A stretch of 64,000 nucleotides of DNA, taken from Candidatus Aenigmatarchaeota archaeon. GTDB taxonomy: Archaea > Aenigmatarchaeota > Aenigmatarchaeia > GW2011-AR5. The DNA lies in assembly GCA_016184005.1 (NCBI GenBank), contig JACPDL010000003.1, positions 17,839-81,838 of the forward strand, read 5' to 3'. The position numbers and the translations under genes were made by a program. Shown here one piece after another: positions 9,478-19,419 of the stretch; the first letter of the stretch is position 1; each line of letters begins with the position of its first letter. Below the pieces are notes generated by a model. The model was given only the letters and a program-made list of their open reading frames with translations, had not been told where the DNA came from and made no database searches.

Positions 9478-9561
9478 TTTTACCAAGTTAACTTATGTTT
9501 CCCTGTTTTAATAGATAGTATGCGCCATCAACAGACATCATTTAAATGAAAGGATAATAAT

Positions 9562-9740
9562 TATCCTCAGAGACATTGAAAACTGCTGTCTTTTCTGCAA
9601 AGGACTTTTAAGAAGTCCTTTGCAGAAATCCAGGAGAGCTTCGCTCTCCATGAATTAGACAGCAGATGAAACACAATGTCTCTGGGATCACATCTTCTCA
9701 CAAACCACCGACTTTAGTCGGTGGTATATTAAGAAGATAT
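9562..9740 (+). repeat. Repeat family B copy 3 with nested twin-hairpin insert at ~9593-9655
   Basis: acattg..ctgctgtct/agacagcag..caatgt stem and ccaccgactttagtcggtgg end hairpin, covarying with B1. Confidence 0.8.
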
Positions 9741-9812
9741 GATCATGGCACAAGCACAGTTATGACCACACATAAACAGTCAGAAATTTTGCGTACGCCA
9801 GTAAAGATTGGC

Positions 9813-10775
9813 CTACATTGCCGTATCTTCGGTTTCTTCAAGATATTTGATTATAAGACTTACCATAGGTTTTATATCGCCCTTATTTCCTTCTTCCAGC
9901 GCCTCATAGTACTTGCTTCTTTCCCTATATTTGATATTAACCATAGGCAGGCCGTTTTTTCTTAGTATGAAGTTAAGCAATAGCCTGCCGACGCGTCCGT
10001 TGCCGTCGCGGAATGGGTGTACAGACTCAAAGATGTGATGAAAGTAGGCAGCCACGACAACAGGATGGTATTTCTTCTTGTTTGACCTGTACCAGAGCAT
10101 CATATGCTTGAATTGCTTTTCTACTTCTTCGGGCTTCGGCGGCATGAAACCAGCGCCTCTTACATAGACCTGCACATCCCTGAACCTGCCGGCATATTTC
10201 CAGAGTATGTTGTGCATGAGCAATTTGTGCAGCTTTAGGACAAAATTTTTGTTTATATCACCTTTGTGAATCAGCATACAGTCAAAAGCGTCCTTATGGT
10301 TCTGAACCTCATTTATCTCGCGTACACTTCTTCCTTCCGGAACGATCTTGTCGAATAGTATCAGAGCTGTTTCCTGCAGCGTTACTGTAGACCCTTCTAT
10401 AGCGTTTGTGTCATAGGTAAATTCAGTAACAAAACTCTCATAGTAATTTCTATATACGTCTTTGCTGAGTTTAGACTTGTTTTTTTGATAAAATTTCTTG
10501 ATTCCGCTTATTTTCTTCTGATGATCTGCAGAAATCAGATTAAAAAGCGGATCTGATGATTTCCTCGATTTATCAGCTTTTTTCACCAATTCAGATTTTT
10601 TGTATCTAATAAGACGTTTCAGATCTCTACTATTTAGGTCTTTCCCAATGTAAATCCGAATCTTTTCCCACCCGCCACGCGATCTGACGTTCTTCGAACG
10701 TCCATTTCTCCTGCGTATATTCTCAACTATGTAAAAATAAGTGCCGCTTTTCTTTTTCTGCCTCTCCACATACAT
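9813..10775 (-). CDS. Fic family protein
   Basis: HPFRDGNGRVGR Fic motif; TNAIEG inhibitory motif. Confidence 0.95.
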   Translation of the reverse strand: MYVERQKKKSGTYFYIVENIRRRNGRSKNVRSRGGWEKIRIYIGKDLNSRDLKRLIRYKKSELVKKADKSRKSSDPLFNLISADHQKKISGIKKFYQKNKSKLSKDVYRNYYESFVTEFTYDTNAIEGSTVTLQETALILFDKIVPEGRSVREINEVQNHKDAFDCMLIHKGDINKNFVLKLHKLLMHNILWKYAGRFRDVQVYVRGAGFMPPKPEEVEKQFKHMMLWYRSNKKKYHPVVVAAYFHHIFESVHPFRDGNGRVGRLLLNFILRKNGLPMVNIKYRERSKYYEALEEGNKGDIKPMVSLIIKYLEETEDTAM

Positions 10776-10781
10776 GCTGTC

Positions 10782-10828
10782 TTTATGGGCACATATAAAT
10801 AAAAAGCTTATTCAGGTGTGCCCATAAA
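10782..10828 (-). promoter_or_regulatory. Fic promoter: TATA-like tract flanked by a perfect 12-bp inverted repeat
   Basis: tttatgggcaca (10782-10793) / tgtgcccataaa (10817-10828) around tttatttata on the minus strand. Confidence 0.55.
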
Positions 10829-10934
10829 TAAAACCGCTGCTATTGCTGGATTGCACAGATGGTGAACTTAACCATTCGCCCCAGTCAACAGTCAGTGGTT
10901 TTTCACATAAGCTAAACGAAAGGGGCGCTGAGAT

Positions 10935-11744
10935 TCACTTTGTGAACAGCTCGACGATATCCCTTTCATGCAGCCTGTATCTGAGGCCGGCTTTTATTTC
11001 CCTTGTCCTGTCGCTTTGCTTTCGCAATATTCGTGCAAAGCGGAAGTTCTTGAGAAAATCCTTGTGTATGCGCGCCGCGAAATCCCGCACAGTCGAGTTT
11101 TTCTTGAGTGCCATGGGGAAGATCTTTCCTGTTTCACGTTTTTTCGTGTAGACAAGCATGAGTTCCAGCGATTCCCATATCTTTTCCTTGACCTGCTCTA
11201 TGCGTTCAAGCCTGGGGTTTATAAAAATATACTTCGTGCGCAGGAAATTCCTGTCCATCAGCTCTTCCAGTTTTTTAATATCCTCGCCTTTTGATACAAG
11301 CACCACCAGGTCACAGCTTCTTGCAATGCTCAGGTGCTCCGGCTCGAATGTTGACGGTATTTCTACTATCTGTATCTTTACGCCTTCGTAGTCCATCATG
11401 CCGACTTCGGGCTTTGTTGTTGTAAACGGCGTTTCTGATATCTTTGGCCTGGCATGCGTGAGCTTTGAAAGCAGCCAGGATTTGCCGGATTTAGTGTACC
11501 CTATCAGGCAGACTTGCGCCTCGCCTTCCTTGGCTATGCTGGTTTTTGTCCCGCCCCTCTTTTTCGTCTCTTTTTTCAGCTTTGCAAGCTTTGAGCGAAG
11601 CTGCGCGTGTGCATTCTCGCTGCCGTGATGCCTTGGCAGAAGCCTTATCATTTCCTCAAGGGCAGCTATCTTCTCTTCCTTGCTTTTTGCGGATCGGAAG
11701 CGGTCTTCGGCCTTGAAGTATTCAACAGGCGCATTCACGGGCAT
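10935..11744 (-). CDS. DRG/OBG-family GTP-binding protein with TGS domain (short form)
   Basis: GYTKSGKS, PFTT, IHKDF..NFRFARI TGS. Confidence 0.85.
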   Translation of the reverse strand: MPVNAPVEYFKAEDRFRSAKSKEEKIAALEEMIRLLPRHHGSENAHAQLRSKLAKLKKETKKRGGTKTSIAKEGEAQVCLIGYTKSGKSWLLSKLTHARPKISETPFTTTKPEVGMMDYEGVKIQIVEIPSTFEPEHLSIARSCDLVVLVSKGEDIKKLEELMDRNFLRTKYIFINPRLERIEQVKEKIWESLELMLVYTKKRETGKIFPMALKKNSTVRDFAARIHKDFLKNFRFARILRKQSDRTREIKAGLRYRLHERDIVELFTK

Positions 11745-11862
11745 TATTATTTCTAATATTTGCTTCCGTATAAAAACATTCCAGTGCCAGAAAACCCCGT
11801 CCTACCGAAACATTCTTAAACCTATTCGTTACTAAATAATAGTTACAGAGTAGGAGACTGTT

Positions 11863-12291
11863 ATGCCGAAAAAAGTTGTTATAGTGGACGATGAGCCTGA
11901 AATAGCAGATATGTTGAGAGAAGTTGCAGAATCAGAAGGCTTTGAAGCTTATACAGCCGCCAACGGCCAGGAAGGCCTTGCCGCTGTAGAAAGATACGAC
12001 CCGGACGGCGTTTTCACTGACTTCAACATGCCAGTACTTGACGGCCTTGGGATGGCAAAGAAATTAAGAGAGTTGGGTTATCGCAAACCCGTTTTCATGG
12101 CGACGAGCGATGTTCAGAAAGATTCCAGAGGAAATTGGTATTTGTCTGGTGGCATGCGAGATAAATTGAAACAGTATGAAATTAGCGAAGTAGAGATTTT
12201 TAATTATATCAGCCGTTGTTTGTCAAAACCTTTAGATCTTCAGGAAATCCGCGCTGCTTTAGCTTCTATCCCCGCAACCCCAGAACAATAA
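11863..12291 (+). CDS. Stand-alone response regulator receiver (CheY-like)
   Basis: VDDE, TDFNMPVLDG, SKP. Confidence 0.9.
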   Translation: MPKKVVIVDDEPEIADMLREVAESEGFEAYTAANGQEGLAAVERYDPDGVFTDFNMPVLDGLGMAKKLRELGYRKPVFMATSDVQKDSRGNWYLSGGMRDKLKQYEISEVEIFNYISRCLSKPLDLQEIRAALASIPATPEQ

Positions 12292-12844
12292 GCTCTTCCC
12301 AGTCTATCTTCTCTCTAGCAAGAACTTCTGGTGTGAAGCCGCAGCTTTCGGCGAACTCAATAACTTCTTTCTCGCCTGTTAGCGATGAGATCAAAAGAAG
12401 AATTTTTCCGTTTTCAGTCAGTCGGCCTTTTGCGCCTTCCAGAAATCTCCCTATAACAGCCCTGCCCGTCTTGCCGCCGTCATAGCTTTCGTGTGTGTAT
12501 TCATCATCGACAGGCAGATAGGGCGGATTGAAGACGATTAAGTCAAATGTGCCAGTTATTTTCTCGAAGAGATCCGAGAAGAAAAATTCTATATCCGCTT
12601 TGTTGTGGCGCGCATTTTCCATTGCTACAGCAACCGCATGCTCGCTTATATCCGTTGCACTAACCTTTGCGCCTTCCTTTGCCATCAGGATAGAAAGGAA
12701 ACCAGAGCCGCAGCCTATTTCAAGGCACTTCTTGCCCTTACGCTCCAATCTTTCCAGCGATTTTGCAAGAAGCAGCGAGTCTTCTCTGGGGTAGTATATA
12801 TTTTCCGGCACTTCAAGCCCCATATCGCCGTAATAAAACATCAT
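12266..12844 (-). CDS. HemK2/MTQ2 family methyltransferase
   Basis: YYPREDS, LEIGCGSG, NPPY. Confidence 0.92.
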   Translation of the reverse strand: MMFYYGDMGLEVPENIYYPREDSLLLAKSLERLERKGKKCLEIGCGSGFLSILMAKEGAKVSATDISEHAVAVAMENARHNKADIEFFFSDLFEKITGTFDLIVFNPPYLPVDDEYTHESYDGGKTGRAVIGRFLEGAKGRLTENGKILLLISSLTGEKEVIEFAESCGFTPEVLAREKIDWEELIVLGLRG

Positions 12845-12898
12845 TATGCTGCTTGAGATTCAAACCTTTAAGAAATAACACGGTAATGATTATAATCA

Positions 12899-14542
12899 AT
12901 GACAAATTCTGAAGCCGATTTGATTAGAAAATACGTGCTGATAAACGCCACGGAGCACGCCGGCCAAGCCCAAACAAAGAGCGTTCTAGGCAAGCTGCTC
13001 GCTGACCAGCCCGACCTGCGGGCACGCGCGCTAGAACTGCGCCCGATGATTGAAGATACAGTTGAAGACGTGAACAGGCTTGGGCTTGCCAGGCAAAAAT
13101 CAGAACTGGACAAGCTTGGCGGTTACCAGCCGATAAAGCACCAGGAAAGAAAGGGCCTGCCGGAAATGGAAAGAGGCGACAGGTTCGTTGTCAGGTTCGC
13201 TCCAAACCCGGACGGGGCATTGCATCTGGGCAACGCACGGCCTGCGGTATTATGCGACGAGTATGCAAAAAAATACAAGGGAAAGTTGATATTGCGATTT
13301 GACGATACAGACCCGAAAGTAAAGGTGCCGGAAAAGAAATTCTATAAATGGATAAAAGATGACCTGAAATGGCTGGGTATAAAATGGCATGGAGAATATG
13401 TAGCCAGCAAACGCCTGAATATTTATTACAAATATGCAGAGGCTATGATAAAATCTTCTTCTGCTTATGTCTGCACATGCGGCGATGAATGGAAAGTTTT
13501 GCGCGACAAGTCAAAGGCCTGCTCCTGCAGATCGTTGGATAGCAGAAACCAGCTTCGCAGATGGAAAAGAATGTTCAAGGGATTCAAAGAAGGCGAAGCG
13601 GTTCTTCGCATCAAGACAGACTTGGAAGCCAAGAATCCCGCTGTTCGCGACTGGCCTGCTTTCAGGATAGTCGATGCACCCAGACATCCGCTGGTCAAAA
13701 AGAAACTGTGGCCCCTATACAATTTTGCTTCGGCAATAGACGATCATCTCCTTGGAGTGACCCATATTTTCCGCGGGCAGGAACATTCAACAAACGAAGT
13801 AAAACAGAGATTCCTTTACCAGCATCTTAGATGGGAATATCCGCAAGTCATCACGCTCGGCAGATTCTCTTTATCAGGCATGGTACTCAGCAAAAGCCAG
13901 ATAAGGGAAGGCATAGAAAGGCACATTTACAACGACTGGGATGATCTGCGGCTTGGAACGCTCAGGTCATTGAACAGGCGGGGCTTCCAGCCGGAAGCAT
14001 TGCGCCAGATAATAATCGAGATCGGGCCGAAACCCAGCGATTTAACTGTATCAATGGAAAACCTTGCTGCGTACAACAGGAAGCTGATAGACAAGACAGC
14101 AAACCGTTATTTCTTCATATCCGACCCCAAAAGAATTGAAGTGAAAGGCCTGAAACTCAAGCAGATAAAAATCCCCTTGCATCCCGAAGCAAAAAGAGGC
14201 TTCCGTTCTATCTCTATCGGGAAGACATTCTACATAGACACGAAGGACTTTGAAAACTGCAAGGGACTTGAAGTGCGGTTGAAGGACCTTTGCAATGTAA
14301 AGCTCGGGGAGAAATCAGAGTTTACAGGCTTTGAAGTCAAGCCGACGCCAAAAATACAGTGGGTGTCTGAGAAACATATTCAGGTAAAAGTAATAACGCC
14401 CGAGATTGAAATTAAAGGCTACGGAGAAACGGGCATTGCAAAGGAAAAGCCGGGATCGATACTGCAGTTTGAAAGATTCGGTTTTGTAAAGATAGAGAAA
14501 TCAGGCGGCAATATCGTGACAGCCGTCTGGTCTCATGAATGA
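12899..14542 (+). CDS. gltX: Glutamate--tRNA ligase
   Basis: RFAPNPDGALHLGN, RFDDTDP, LSKS, QFERFGF. Confidence 0.96.
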   Translation: MTNSEADLIRKYVLINATEHAGQAQTKSVLGKLLADQPDLRARALELRPMIEDTVEDVNRLGLARQKSELDKLGGYQPIKHQERKGLPEMERGDRFVVRFAPNPDGALHLGNARPAVLCDEYAKKYKGKLILRFDDTDPKVKVPEKKFYKWIKDDLKWLGIKWHGEYVASKRLNIYYKYAEAMIKSSSAYVCTCGDEWKVLRDKSKACSCRSLDSRNQLRRWKRMFKGFKEGEAVLRIKTDLEAKNPAVRDWPAFRIVDAPRHPLVKKKLWPLYNFASAIDDHLLGVTHIFRGQEHSTNEVKQRFLYQHLRWEYPQVITLGRFSLSGMVLSKSQIREGIERHIYNDWDDLRLGTLRSLNRRGFQPEALRQIIIEIGPKPSDLTVSMENLAAYNRKLIDKTANRYFFISDPKRIEVKGLKLKQIKIPLHPEAKRGFRSISIGKTFYIDTKDFENCKGLEVRLKDLCNVKLGEKSEFTGFEVKPTPKIQWVSEKHIQVKVITPEIEIKGYGETGIAKEKPGSILQFERFGFVKIEKSGGNIVTAVWSHE

Positions 14543-17500
14543 CGCCTGTATCTGTATTTTCTCAAAAAGCGCAGCTTTTTGGAATTCTCAAAATGCAGAG
14601 CATTTTGGAATCTCGAAAAAACTTTGTTTTTTCGAAGATCTCGGAGAAGCTTCGCTTCTCCCAAGATTACACCCTTCTGTTTTTTACGGATTTTTCTTTT
14701 AGGCTTCTTCTTTAGGCGGAAAAAGACCAGCATGCCCGCAAGAATCACGACCCCGGCAACAGCCAGGCTGGTAGGGGAAGCCGCAACAAGGCCTGTGGGA
14801 CCTATAACCCCTGTCTGGTTTTTTTCAGCGGCAGTTTCGTTTGCAAGCGCCTGGCTTGCAGGCATGACGTTTGTTTTGTTTGTTGCAGGTGCGCCGTTTC
14901 CTGTTATATTTGCTGCAGATTTATGTGCCACGTTTGGCGTTGCATTGCTTAATGATGCATTAGTGAGATTTGGTTTTGCCTGCGGTGCAGGTCTCGCGCC
15001 CCCTCCACCGCCCGAATAGCCGCCTCCGGAAGCGGAAGGACTTGGGCTTGCTGGCGGGGTAAAGGTGAAGGCTATTGTGTTCTTGATTTCATTTCCTGAT
15101 GTATCATTTGCATACAGCACCAGCGTATTCGAGCCCTGGGACGCTGTTATTGTGGTGTTCGTGCAGCCTATAAGTGAAACATTGGAATCGTTGTTAAGCC
15201 TGTACACGCATCCATCAGCGGCAATATTGTCACTGGCAGTGTAATTAAGCGGAATTGACGATGAAGCGTATGTTGTGGATGCGACAGGAGACGTTATAGT
15301 CACATTAGGCGCCTGCGTGTCATTGCCTGCCGCCGCACCCGAGAATGAGGGCAGATAAAGCACTGAGGCATTTGTTGTCATGTTGTAGCAGGGCTTGTTT
15401 GTGAAATCTGCATTGCATGCGCTTTCAATCCTTGTTATGTCAGGCGCGTCTCGTGTGCCATTGAGATAGAAGTAAATGGCATAAACCTGCGGGAATGTTA
15501 TTTTTGCCGCGTAGCTGTTTTCAGGCAGGGCGCCGTTCATGTCTACCCACGCAAGCGAACCGAAGACGCCGCCGCTTTGACTGAAGGCGGACGACACACT
15601 TCCGGCGCCCTCTATGTCGTCTGCTATGCCCATCATATTAGACAGGTTGAGGGCTGATAAATTGAAATCGACTATTTCTATAAGCGTGCCTGTGAGGTTG
15701 AACCTCAGCGTGTAATTCTTTGCGGCATCCAGCGCTGAAACGCTGATCTCATTATCCGTTTCGAGGAATGTCATCGTTATGTTCCTTGCGGAAAGGCTTG
15801 CACTCAGGGAACCGAAATAGGACGTTACATTCTCCCTTGCCTTTATGAAAACAAGCACTTCTTGCGTGGCATTGAAATTGCCGGCCAGGTCTGCCAAGTA
15901 GGCCTTCAGCGTATAATTTCCGTCGCTCAGGTCCAGCGTTTTTGCCCATTCTTTCCCGCCGCCCGACATGCTTTCGTTGACAAAGTTGAGCTCAAGGACG
16001 GCCGAGGAAAGAGGCTCGCTTGCCGTCATGTTTATTGTTATCCGGCTTGTTTCGTGCGTTGTTCCGTTCAAAGGCGTGGGAGAAACAAAGCCAGCATCCG
16101 GCGGTATGCGGTCTATTGATGCTGACATCATGAAAGAATTTGCAGTGTTGCCGGCGAGGTCTGTTGTTTCGAAGTAAAAGCTGATTGTAGTGTTGTGCTG
16201 CAATGAAGTGAGGTTTATAAGAATGCTGCAGTTCCTTGTTCCTGAAAGGCATGCCATGCTGGTATTTGTGAAGTTCTGCGCCGCCCCCCAATAGAGGTTT
16301 GCGCGTCGCAGGTGCATTTCGCTGTACGACAATGAAAAATTCTCATTCAGGCCCCGCATGAAGGTGTTGTTTGCCGGCGAGAGTGCCAGAATCACCGGAG
16401 GCCTTGTATCAAGCGTTATATTCAGCGTCTCAGTTGCCGTGTTGCCTGCAGAATCGTTTGCGTGGATCCTGTAGTTATAAGTCCCGTCATCAGCTGTCTT
16501 GTTGGCGGTGCATGACACCAATGTCCCGTTGTTCAGTTTCACCATCGTCTGGTTTGTCCCGTTCCATTCCAGGATGCAGGCAGAAATGTTTGTTAAGTCC
16601 GAAACACTCACATTGATAAAAATGTAGTTTCTGCTGACAAAAGAATTGTTTACATCTGCTGAAACAATGCTTATAGTTGGTTTTACTGTGTCAATTGTGA
16701 AAATGACTGTTTGCGATGTTGCGTTATTCCTGCTCTGATCGCTGCATGTTACATTAAGCGGATAAGTTCCGTCAGATAGGTTGAGAATATATGAATTTTG
16801 AACCCCAGATGTTGCATTGCCTAAATTTATTTTAGTGCCATTAAGGTTGCGCGAGCATTCCTGCTCTAGATTAAGATCGTCAATAGCTGTAAAGTTGACG
16901 ATTATGTTGTTTTTGTTCAGGAAACTATTGTTAACAGGCCCTGTCAAGTCGACCGATGGAGAAATATTGTCGACGAACTTGTCAGATAGCGTGAAACTTG
17001 AGGTGATGTTATAAGCTGTATTCGCTGAAAGGCTTGATGGAACAAGCCTTGCGGTCCACATTCCAGCCGAGGCGTTAATTGAAACATTGATATGATTAGT
17101 TCGACTCGTGGAAAAAACAGAATTTCCTGAAGTGTTGTAGAGGCCCAACTGAATTGATGCATTGTCAATCCAGCCAATACTCATGCTCAGGAGCGAGTTG
17201 TTTGTTGTATTAATTCTATAATAAGAAATGCCTCCTAAAGTGTTGTTTGTGAAAAACACCTCGCCGAAAGGCAAGAAATTCGAAGCTATTGAATACTTTG
17301 CACTTCCACTTACGGTTGTTGGCAGGACCAATATGTTCCAGTAACCACTTACAGGGTTGGTGACTTTTATCATTTCTTCTGTTTGCAGCACAGAAGCCGA
17401 TGATTTTACAATAGCGCCTGATGGATCCAGAAGTTGTAAGTCGAGATTCTGGTGCACTGAGTAATTCTCAGACCAGTAAACTGTTGCGCGTATTTCTGAA

Positions 17501-18774
17501 GAATTTACCGGCACGAAAATGCTGTGGATTTTGCCAATGTTTGATATGGTTCCTGATATCGTGTTGTTTATCTCGCCGAAAATCCGCGAAACATCTATCC
17601 TTCCAGCACCTTTGTCGCTTGTCTTCGAAAAATTCCCGTTGAGATCAAGAGCAGAGTTCATCATTATCGCCTTGACTTCTGCAGGGGTAAGATTGTCCCT
17701 AGCTTGCAGCATTAAAGCGGCTATACCTGCAATATGGGGCGTAGACATGCTGGTGCCGCTTTTCTGCACGAAATCGTCCTGGGTTTCCCACCTGCTGTTT
17801 GCAGAGGCTATCGGGTTGCCGGGGGCGAGAACATCGGGCTTTATCCTGCTGTCGTCTGTGGGTCCCCTGCTCGAGAAACCGCTGACGGCATCCCGTGTTG
17901 TGCTGCCTTTTCCCGTGTCCGTGGAACCGACAGTTATGACCTTGTGCGCCAGTCCGGGCGAGCAGATGGAAAATGAGTTGCCTGTTGAATCAATTGTCCT
18001 GCAATTATCTTCACCGCTAGGTCCGCTATTACCAGCAGCTACAGTCACAACCTTGCCTTTGTCTGCTATATTGTCAAGATAAGATGAAAGCACGTCGCTC
18101 CCGTCAGCAGGAATCTCACGCCCGCCTAAACTCAGTGTAAGTATGTGCGCCCCGTTGTCAACGCACCAGTCTACGCCGCGTAATATATCCGTATCTAAGC
18201 AGCGTCCAGCGTCGTCGCACACCTTTGCGTTCAGTATGCCTGCGCCGAAAGCCACGCCGCGGAAAACAGCGTCATTTCCGGCAGCTATTCCAGCCACATG
18301 CGTGCCGTGGCCGTAGATGTCCTGCGGGTTGCCGCCGCCCGTAAAGTCGGCTTCGTTCACGACCCTGTCTGCAAGCGACGGGTGCGTTTTATCCACGCCA
18401 GTATCAAGAACGCATATCCTTATGCCTGAACCGTTGTAGCCTGTACCCCACGCCGTTGATGCATTTATTATTGGAACAGATACATCGAGCAGTATCTTCT
18501 TTTCCCCGTTGGCCCATACCTTCTCGACAACAGGATCATTTTCAAGGGCATTAAGCATGCTTTTCCTTATTCTGGCTGTGTAAAAATTTGTTTGCCTGAA
18601 CTGTTTGACGTTCTCAGCGCCCTCAATATTGTAGTTATCGTCCGCCTTGACGATTACTGTAACCTTGTCATCCTGTGACTCGTATAACGCGGGGTCTATT
18701 TTTTGAGTACTGGCCGAATAGGACAAAGCAGCAAGTAATAGAAACAGGCATAAAAATGCGGCTAATATTCTCAT
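14533..18774 (-). CDS. Secreted, membrane-anchored S8 subtilisin-like protease with Ig-like repeats
   Basis: Signal peptide; LDTG, HGTHVAG, GTSMSTPH triad; many N-x-S/T sites; C-terminal TM. Confidence 0.93.
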   Translation of the reverse strand: MRILAAFLCLFLLLAALSYSASTQKIDPALYESQDDKVTVIVKADDNYNIEGAENVKQFRQTNFYTARIRKSMLNALENDPVVEKVWANGEKKILLDVSVPIINASTAWGTGYNGSGIRICVLDTGVDKTHPSLADRVVNEADFTGGGNPQDIYGHGTHVAGIAAGNDAVFRGVAFGAGILNAKVCDDAGRCLDTDILRGVDWCVDNGAHILTLSLGGREIPADGSDVLSSYLDNIADKGKVVTVAAGNSGPSGEDNCRTIDSTGNSFSICSPGLAHKVITVGSTDTGKGSTTRDAVSGFSSRGPTDDSRIKPDVLAPGNPIASANSRWETQDDFVQKSGTSMSTPHIAGIAALMLQARDNLTPAEVKAIMMNSALDLNGNFSKTSDKGAGRIDVSRIFGEINNTISGTISNIGKIHSIFVPVNSSEIRATVYWSENYSVHQNLDLQLLDPSGAIVKSSASVLQTEEMIKVTNPVSGYWNILVLPTTVSGSAKYSIASNFLPFGEVFFTNNTLGGISYYRINTTNNSLLSMSIGWIDNASIQLGLYNTSGNSVFSTSRTNHINVSINASAGMWTARLVPSSLSANTAYNITSSFTLSDKFVDNISPSVDLTGPVNNSFLNKNNIIVNFTAIDDLNLEQECSRNLNGTKINLGNATSGVQNSYILNLSDGTYPLNVTCSDQSRNNATSQTVIFTIDTVKPTISIVSADVNNSFVSRNYIFINVSVSDLTNISACILEWNGTNQTMVKLNNGTLVSCTANKTADDGTYNYRIHANDSAGNTATETLNITLDTRPPVILALSPANNTFMRGLNENFSLSYSEMHLRRANLYWGAAQNFTNTSMACLSGTRNCSILINLTSLQHNTTISFYFETTDLAGNTANSFMMSASIDRIPPDAGFVSPTPLNGTTHETSRITINMTASEPLSSAVLELNFVNESMSGGGKEWAKTLDLSDGNYTLKAYLADLAGNFNATQEVLVFIKARENVTSYFGSLSASLSARNITMTFLETDNEISVSALDAAKNYTLRFNLTGTLIEIVDFNLSALNLSNMMGIADDIEGAGSVSSAFSQSGGVFGSLAWVDMNGALPENSYAAKITFPQVYAIYFYLNGTRDAPDITRIESACNADFTNKPCYNMTTNASVLYLPSFSGAAAGNDTQAPNVTITSPVASTTYASSSIPLNYTASDNIAADGCVYRLNNDSNVSLIGCTNTTITASQGSNTLVLYANDTSGNEIKNTIAFTFTPPASPSPSASGGGYSGGGGGARPAPQAKPNLTNASLSNATPNVAHKSAANITGNGAPATNKTNVMPASQALANETAAEKNQTGVIGPTGLVAASPTSLAVAGVVILAGMLVFFRLKKKPKRKIRKKQKGVILGEAKLLRDLRKNKVFSRFQNALHFENSKKLRFLRKYRYRRHS
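14559..14666 (+). mobile_element. Family D element, 108 nt (one 54-nt twin hairpin nested in another), in frame in the protease tail
   Basis: Four triloop hairpins; outer pair identical to 24664-24717. Confidence 0.85.
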
Positions 18775-18846
18775 TCCCTTCAGTATTTACATTGCTTTTG
18801 AATCTTTTAAGAATTCTGTTTCAAACAGTTTATGGCGTGTTTATTT

Positions 18847-19236
18847 ATGGCAGTGAAAACCAGGAAAAAGCCGGATAATCGCACGGTTGTCCTCACAGGC
18901 GGGACTTTCAACAGCCTGCATCCAGGCCACGAATATTTACTGAAGAAAAGCAAGATCCTTGGGGACTATCTTGTTGTTGTCCTGGCAAACGACAAGCACG
19001 ACAAGAAGCCTGATGCAGTGCCTGCGAAAACCAGGAAGAAGAACATTGAAAAGCTCAGGATAGCAGACAGGGTTGTCGTAGGCTCACCAAACAGTTTTGT
19101 TGGTGTTGTTCACAGATTCAAGCCAAAAATTATAGTCTTAGGCTACGATCAAGAACTACCTGATGAGGAAACGAAGAAAGCAGTAAAGAAGATGAAGATA
19201 AAGGTTGTAAGATGCGGCAGATACAAGAGTTACTGA
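18847..19236 (+). CDS. Cytidylyltransferase-family protein (FAD synthetase RibL-like)
   Basis: GGTFNSLHPGH, LGYDQ. Confidence 0.85.
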   Translation: MAVKTRKKPDNRTVVLTGGTFNSLHPGHEYLLKKSKILGDYLVVVLANDKHDKKPDAVPAKTRKKNIEKLRIADRVVVGSPNSFVGVVHRFKPKIIVLGYDQELPDEETKKAVKKMKIKVVRCGRYKSY

Positions 19237-19419
19237 CCGCCATATGGAATGTGGAAGGCGTAAAGAACGCCCTGATGTTCACGGAAATAGTTGAATGGCT
19301 TTTCATCTCCATTCTGATCCCTAGAAAGAGGAATACGCTTTTCTTTATCCCTATCCGCAGGTGGAATGGACAACTGGTCTGACATAGGTTATAATTTTTC
19401 TTAAGTAATATTAAATAGC

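Noticed and set aside
9666-9965. 99-aa plus-strand ORF
   Set aside because: Starts in repeat B3 and runs antisense to Fic; shadow ORF.
14559-14666. CRISPR array interpretation of the tandem hairpins (also 25448-25555, 53763-53870)
   Set aside because: Units are not identical, there are no unique spacers and no cas genes.
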